In this document: piece by piece, positions 45,944 to 50,602 of the stretch
Numbering within the stretch: position 1 is the first letter of the stretch
How the letters are laid out: each line of letters opens with the position of its first letter
Virus record (IMG/VR): IMGVR_UViG_3300027747_000206
Coordinates: 1 to 50,602 of that record
Length of the DNA stretch: 50,602 bases
DNA from: a virus
Lineage: Duplodnaviria > Caudoviricetes
Direction: 5' to 3' (one strand)
Program-made: the position numbers and the translations under genes
The notes under the pieces: generated by a model
Told to the model about the DNA's origin: nothing
Seen by the model: the letters and a program-made list of their open reading frames with translations, nothing else
The model's database searches: none

Positions 45944-46689
45944 TTCTGAATAAGTCCGTTTGTGATGACTACAGGTGCAATCGTGAGTTTATTAACTGCG
46001 TTGTTCAAAGCATTTAAATCTGAGGTAATCAAAGAATTGTATGCTGTTGCTTGATTGGTCAAAGCAGTCGATATGTTGGTTGCGTTGCTTGTTGCCATGC
46101 TAGACAAAGCTGTGTTGGCGTTGTTAGCCATACTTGTCAGGGCGGTATTGGAGCTATTGCCCATGCTTGTTAGAGCTGTATTGGAGCTGTTGCCCATGTT
46201 AAACAGAGCTGTTGTTGCGTTACTCGCCACACTTGTAATTGCTGAATTACCATTTGAGGACATACTTGCTTGGTTGTTAGACCCTGTGTTGGCAATGCTT
46301 GCAAACGTAGAGTTTGTGCTCAAAGCAGTAGTCGTGGCGTTGTTAGACTGGGTTGTGGCTACCTTGGCGTTGGCGTAAATACCAAAACCTTGAACAGCAG
46401 AAGGAATCAGCAAAGAAGCCCATTTAAGAGCATCATCTCCTGAGCTTCTAGGAGCCTCTAGGCGTTGTTCTTGGGGGGCATTCATACCCATTTGCATCGA
46501 CATAACCGCCGCAACCGAGGCTGTAGGGTCACCTTTTTTAACAATCTCAGCCAATACAGCGTACCTAGCTTTTTCAGATTCAGCTTTGTAGCGAGCTATT
46601 GCCACCTGAGTTTCTGAGTATTTTGTGTAGTCAGTAGAGGCGCACCCTACCAAAGCTAAAACAATTAACGGTGTGGTTAGTTTAATCAT
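45940..46689 (-). CDS. Lipoprotein with 11-aa Ser/Asn/Thr repeats
   Basis: Signal peptide with lipobox LVGC; SNTALTSMGNS-type repeats. Confidence 0.7.
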   Translation of the reverse strand: MIKLTTPLIVLALVGCASTDYTKYSETQVAIARYKAESEKARYAVLAEIVKKGDPTASVAAVMSMQMGMNAPQEQRLEAPRSSGDDALKWASLLIPSAVQGFGIYANAKVATTQSNNATTTALSTNSTFASIANTGSNNQASMSSNGNSAITSVASNATTALFNMGNSSNTALTSMGNSSNTALTSMANNANTALSSMATSNATNISTALTNQATAYNSLITSDLNALNNAVNKLTIAPVVITNGLIQK

Positions 46690-47164
46690 CTATCTTCTCC
46701 TTGAGAGTTTCTCTTACTTGGTTGTAGGTGGATATGCAAGCGTTGAGTGCGAGGATGGCCTTGTCACCGTCTGCTGTGATGTTGATAAGATCTTGAGAAG
46801 TCTTTGGGTCAAGATCGGCTCTTGCATTTGAATCTCCGCTGGCAGTTCTGGTGGAGTCGGCGGTACATACACTATTGGAGGCGAAGGGGACTGACAAGCG
46901 CAAAGCCCCAGACTGCACGTCAGCAGTAAGCTTGAAAATCTTAGTCTGTGCTTCATCATTTGCCTTCCTCAATTCATTTGTGGTTGTAGTTACTTTGGCG
47001 TTTAGCTCGGTTTCTTTGGCACGAGCTTCTTGATTAGCTCTTGCAACCTTTGCCACAGCCTCGTCATAACATTCTTTATATCCTGCGTGGTGACCATAAA
47101 AATATGCTCCTGTGATCGTAAGTATTACACTCAGTAGTACCCACGGGTTGAATAAACTAAACAT
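46682..47164 (-). CDS. i-spanin (Rz-like)
   Basis: N-terminal TM, coiled coil, G.LRLSV...C and LNACI motifs. Confidence 0.85.
   Translation of the reverse strand: MFSLFNPWVLLSVILTITGAYFYGHHAGYKECYDEAVAKVARANQEARAKETELNAKVTTTTNELRKANDEAQTKIFKLTADVQSGALRLSVPFASNSVCTADSTRTASGDSNARADLDPKTSQDLINITADGDKAILALNACISTYNQVRETLKEKIDD
46714..46959 (-). CDS. o-spanin (Rz1-like), embedded in the i-spanin gene
   Basis: Alternate frame; lipobox LCAC followed by a Pro-rich stretch. Confidence 0.75.
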   Translation of the reverse strand: MMKHRLRFSSLLLTCSLGLCACQSPSPPIVYVPPTPPELPAEIQMQEPILTQRLLKILSTSQQTVTRPSSHSTLAYPPTTK

Positions 47165-47246
47165 TACTTTGAATCCAAATGATACTTAGACTTTTGATAC
47201 TCGTTGTGAACATAGTACATCAACCCAACAAACTCAAGCACCAAAA

Positions 47247-47720
47247 TCAAAATTGCAGCGCAAACGGTTGCCCGTACTTGGTACTTTTCAATAAGAAGTC
47301 TACGTCTGTACGCAGCTTCTGCCACGGCTTTTTTTGCTCACGCTCAACTTTCTCACGTTCTTTTTGCACCACTACCCGCATATCAGCAAACTTAGACCAA
47401 AGTCCTGGCATCCCTACCTGATAGATAATCATCTCTCTTAAATCAGTTTCCATCTGTTGCATCTGCTCTTGACGCAATACCCTGTTCATGGCTTCTTCAT
47501 TGATGGAAATATTTTTGGGTAAAGGAACTTTTTGAGCCTCCTTCTCAGCAACCTTGAACTCTTCGTTGTGCGTGAAGAACTTACCCAAATGCTGACTGAT
47601 GTCGGTGACTATCCCTGATAAATCTTTACCATCTTCTTTGAACTCGTTATAAAGCTCCACGCATTCTTTGATTCCTGCGTGTGCCGCCTTACAAGCCGCA
47701 AAAATGGTGATTGGATCCAT
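47247..47720 (-). CDS. Lysis-region helical protein; -1 frame extension to 47164 adds a TM segment
   Basis: ORF plus slippery A AAA AAG at 47328-47334. Confidence 0.7.
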   Translation of the reverse strand: MDPITIFAACKAAHAGIKECVELYNEFKEDGKDLSGIVTDISQHLGKFFTHNEEFKVAEKEAQKVPLPKNISINEEAMNRVLRQEQMQQMETDLREMIIYQVGMPGLWSKFADMRVVVQKEREKVEREQKKPWQKLRTDVDFLLKSTKYGQPFALQF

Positions 47721-47723
47721 TTG

Positions 47724-49097
47724 TTAATTTTTTAATCCCGCCAACATTCTTTTGTTATATTGTGTATACAGAGAATTGGGATCGTCGTGATCGATGGTGT
47801 TAAAACCTATAATCCTATTGCTATTAGGATTTATTGTGTACTCTTTACCGCCTGAAATAATATGGACATATCCATTTTGATCATTATATTGATCTGTTAT
47901 TGGATTAATTTTTGATGAATAAACATCCCCTATAGCATTTGTGCTTTGTGATGCAGGTCTATAAACAGGAACTGGAATAGAACTAGAACTAGCTCTAGCT
48001 CTATCTGCAACAAATTTTAAATCTTCAGCAGTTGGTGCTATTGAGTTTGCATCACTAGCCAATAATAAAGATTGCATATAAGGTGTCCAATCTTTATATT
48101 GCCCTTTGTAAAGTTGGTTCATAATAGCCACAGAATTTTCTGGATTTGTAGCCTTTGCTATTCTTGCTAAATTATTAACATCTTTTGCAGATAAATTTGG
48201 ATATTGTGATATTTCTTTTAAAAGAGTTGGGTCAGTTATCCCAAACACTTTTTGTACATTTTGATATGAATCATATTGATTGATCAATGCTTGTTTATCA
48301 GCAACACTAGTTAATGCTTTGATTTGATCACCAATTGTTTTTGTTGGATCATAAGTGGTATTGGCAGAAGGTTGACTTGTAAAACCTTGTGCTTGTGCAA
48401 AACCTTGTGCTTGTTGGATTGCTTGTGGTTGTTGCATTGCCTGTGGTTGTTGCATTGCCTGTGGTTGTTGCATTGCAGACATACTTGCAAGTGGTGAAGG
48501 TGGTGTAACACTTGTAAGTATAGGTGTACCCTCTGATGTGTAAGGCCCTTGTGGGCCATATAACACATCATCACGCAACATATTTGTTGTATCCACCAAA
48601 GGAATTATTGGTGGAGGTGGTGTAACACTTGTAAGTATAGGTGTACCTTCTGATGTGAAAGGCCCTTGTGGGCCATATAACATATCATTATCAAAACCAC
48701 CTCTCATATCTCTTAAAGGACTTATTGGTGGAGGTGGTGTAACACTTGTAAGTATAGGTGTACCTTCTGATGTGTAAGGCCCTTGTGGGCGATACAACAT
48801 ATCATTATCTTGACCACCTCTCATATCTCTTAAAGGATTTATTGGTGGAGGAGTTGTTGGAAAACCAGTTGAACCTGTTTGACTTGAATCAGTGGGATAA
48901 CTTTGTATTGGAGGAGGATTTAAAAAATTAGTTAAACCTGTTTGACCTTGATTAAACAAATTTTTTATGTTTTGATTGGTTTGATAGGCTTCATTTTGAC
49001 TAGCCAATAATTGACGTTGAGCAGTTACATCATCGCCTGTTTGTCCTGCCAAAGCATTCCATTGTGCATTTAAAGTTGGATCTGAAGAAAAAGCCAT
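47724..49097 (-). CDS. Hypothetical repeat-containing protein
   Basis: 457 aa; AAGGA RBS; internal tandem repeats. Confidence 0.7.
   Translation of the reverse strand: MAFSSDPTLNAQWNALAGQTGDDVTAQRQLLASQNEAYQTNQNIKNLFNQGQTGLTNFLNPPPIQSYPTDSSQTGSTGFPTTPPPINPLRDMRGGQDNDMLYRPQGPYTSEGTPILTSVTPPPPISPLRDMRGGFDNDMLYGPQGPFTSEGTPILTSVTPPPPIIPLVDTTNMLRDDVLYGPQGPYTSEGTPILTSVTPPSPLASMSAMQQPQAMQQPQAMQQPQAIQQAQGFAQAQGFTSQPSANTTYDPTKTIGDQIKALTSVADKQALINQYDSYQNVQKVFGITDPTLLKEISQYPNLSAKDVNNLARIAKATNPENSVAIMNQLYKGQYKDWTPYMQSLLLASDANSIAPTAEDLKFVADRARASSSSIPVPVYRPASQSTNAIGDVYSSKINPITDQYNDQNGYVHIISGGKEYTINPNSNRIIGFNTIDHDDPNSLYTQYNKRMLAGLKN
48499..48852. repeat. Three 117-bp (39-aa) tandem repeats
   Basis: ggtggtgtaacacttgtaagtataggtgtacc at 48499, 48616 and 48733. 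Confidence 0.9.
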
Positions 49098-49108
49098 AAT
49101 TTATCCTT

Positions 49109-49303
49109 TTACATTCCTAAAAATTTTTTGAAAAACTCACCTGCCACATTAGGCCCCAGAAGAACAAGCAACATCACTCCATAAAGCAAATACTCTATCT
49201 TTGCCATACGCTTTTCCCCCTCTTTGAGAGAGTTGGCTATTTGTTGGTATCTTTCTTCACAGACAGCAACGTGAACAGCTAAATCTTTGTCAGTATCATT
49301 CAT
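49109..49303 (-). CDS. Small coiled-coil plus TM protein (holin/XhlA-like)
   Basis: HVAVCEERY...RMAKIE followed by a hydrophobic helix. Confidence 0.6.
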   Translation of the reverse strand: MNDTDKDLAVHVAVCEERYQQIANSLKEGEKRMAKIEYLLYGVMLLVLLGPNVAGEFFKKFLGM

Positions 49304-49743
49304 GGTTCAGTAGGCCAAATCATGTCCCAAGGAAATCTTGTTTCTTTAGGTAAATCCCTGAGTGCTTGCCTGTATGTTGCCCATGTGGTCTTGTTTACTG
49401 GCGCATCTGCAACTTGTGTCCAATCCGTATCTTTAAGCTTTGTATCACGTTGTTCACGCACAGACTTTGCTTGTTGCTCATCTACTACCGTTTTTACAGA
49501 ATCTTCAAAATCAACAATTTTCCATTTGGTAAACCATTGACCATCTATTTGCTCTACGCCATCACGGGCAATCCCTTGATAACGAGTAAATGTTGGAGTA
49601 GGGCCTTCCAAGACTACGCTTGCACCTAGTGAGCTAAGAATCTCAGGCGTTGTGATGTCCCATGTTGGGCCACCGTTTGAAAGCGTATATGCACGAAACT
49701 CTGATTCGTACATTACTTGACCGTCTTGTGTTCTGATTTCCAT
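49300..49743 (-). CDS. Tail fibre assembly chaperone
   Basis: VREQRDTKLKDTDWTQ..D.P...W.TYRQALRDLP...WP..P. Confidence 0.8.
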   Translation of the reverse strand: MEIRTQDGQVMYESEFRAYTLSNGGPTWDITTPEILSSLGASVVLEGPTPTFTRYQGIARDGVEQIDGQWFTKWKIVDFEDSVKTVVDEQQAKSVREQRDTKLKDTDWTQVADAPVNKTTWATYRQALRDLPKETRFPWDMIWPTEP

Positions 49744-49752
49744 GATTTGTCC

Positions 49753-50602
49753 TTATGCTATTGCTAAGAAAATGTAAGTTGCTGAACTTGTATTGATTGC
49801 AGCCAATATTGCAGCATTTACAGTAAATCCACCTGTTGTGGTAGTGACTGAGCCAAGCGTTGCGGCCTCTGCTGCTGTGCTATTTAAAAACAAATAGGGG
49901 TCTGTTAATACCGTCATACCACGGGCGGTGTCGTAGACATACCAACCACCAGTTGAATCAGTGCGCTTGATTAACACAAACCTAGCTCCACCCGTAAAGC
50001 CACACGCTATGGCTTGAGTTGTGCCGTTACCTGTGTATGAACCAACTTTAGAAACACCAGCACAAGTAGCAAATAGGTAGGCAACATAGGTTGCGCCAGC
50101 AGAATTAACTGCGCCAGCAATTGATACGGTAAAGACACTTGATGTTGGTGTCGTGTTATTCCAAACAAATGCATTAGATGATGTAGCATCAGTTTTGTTT
50201 AAGTAAATTACATCTGTATTACCCAAAGGTGCGGCATAAACAGCCCATTGATTACCAGCCGCAGACCTACTCTTTACAATCATCAACTCAGGAACTACAC
50301 CAAGATTATGTGTAAACGTTGTATTGGCTCCCGTCCCTGTATAACAAACCTCATCAAAAAATGATGGCGCACGTCCAAAGTTCCAGTTAATATAAGAACT
50401 ACCTGATACATTAACATCATAGTTATCTGCATCAGACCCTAAAACATAACCTGTTTGATTTGCAAAACTAGTTAATGTGTAAACATCCGATACTTCAGCA
50501 CCTGTAGTATTTGAATATACTAAATTTGTTGCTCCACGCAACCTATCAAAAACTTTTGCGGCTTGCCATCCGGGCGTTCTGTCCATAATAAAAGTTGTAT
50601 CA
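49753..50602 (-). CDS. Tail fibre / receptor-binding-type protein, C-terminal part (enters from the window end)
   Basis: Frame is open to the last base (..DTTFIMDRTP..); FFDEVCYTG...HNLGVVP repeats; ends TYIFLAIA. Confidence 0.85.
   Translation of the reverse strand, partial: DTTFIMDRTPGWQAAKVFDRLRGATNLVYSNTTGAEVSDVYTLTSFANQTGYVLGSDADNYDVNVSGSSYINWNFGRAPSFFDEVCYTGTGANTTFTHNLGVVPELMIVKSRSAAGNQWAVYAAPLGNTDVIYLNKTDATSSNAFVWNNTTPTSSVFTVSIAGAVNSAGATYVAYLFATCAGVSKVGSYTGNGTTQAIACGFTGGARFVLIKRTDSTGGWYVYDTARGMTVLTDPYLFLNSTAAEAATLGSVTTTTGGFTVNAAILAAINTSSATYIFLAIA

Larger units (their letters stand above)
1..50602. mobile_element. Near-complete tailed dsDNA phage genome (podovirus-like), circularly permuted
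   Basis: Terminase, portal, capsid, tail, lysis and replication modules fill the window and I see no host genes. Both ends fall in the same tail-fibre-type gene. Confidence 0.95.

Noticed and set aside
48499-48852. Tandem repeats as a CRISPR or DGR template
   Set aside because: In-frame coding repeats without unique spacers; no reverse transcriptase in the window.

Overview
This is an almost complete, circularly permuted genome of a ~51 kb tailed dsDNA phage with podovirus-type organisation. Both window ends lie inside the same tail-fibre-type gene but do not join in frame, so a short piece is missing. Nearly all genes are on the minus strand. They run: terminase, a 695-aa cargo protein, portal, GroES-like co-chaperonin, scaffold, major capsid, head/tail completion genes with a free-standing GIY-YIG endonuclease, tail fibres, a lysis cassette (embedded spanins, lipoprotein, holin, M15 endolysin), tail adaptor/nozzle and four ejection proteins. 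A lambdoid-style early region has divergent promoters, a Cro-like regulator, a YdaU-type initiator with iterons, RuvC, an SSB-like protein and a PD-(D/E)XK exonuclease. I see no CI, integrase, polymerase, tRNA or CRISPR array. Spanins imply a Gram-negative host; a freshwater betaproteobacterium is my inference only. The most notable observations are: (1) an HhH-GPD DNA glycosylase/lyase domain in a probably virion-packaged protein between terminase and portal; (2) a recurring [FYML]xxGG tag in several head/cargo proteins; (3) an array of structured RNA cassettes in the early leader, with a related element over the initiator start; (4) a probable -1 frameshift (A AAA AAG) in a lysis-adjacent gene; (5) a 15-bp operator shared by three early promoters; (6) a truncated divergent paralog of the tail adaptor. 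All calls come from reading motifs by eye; no searches were run.
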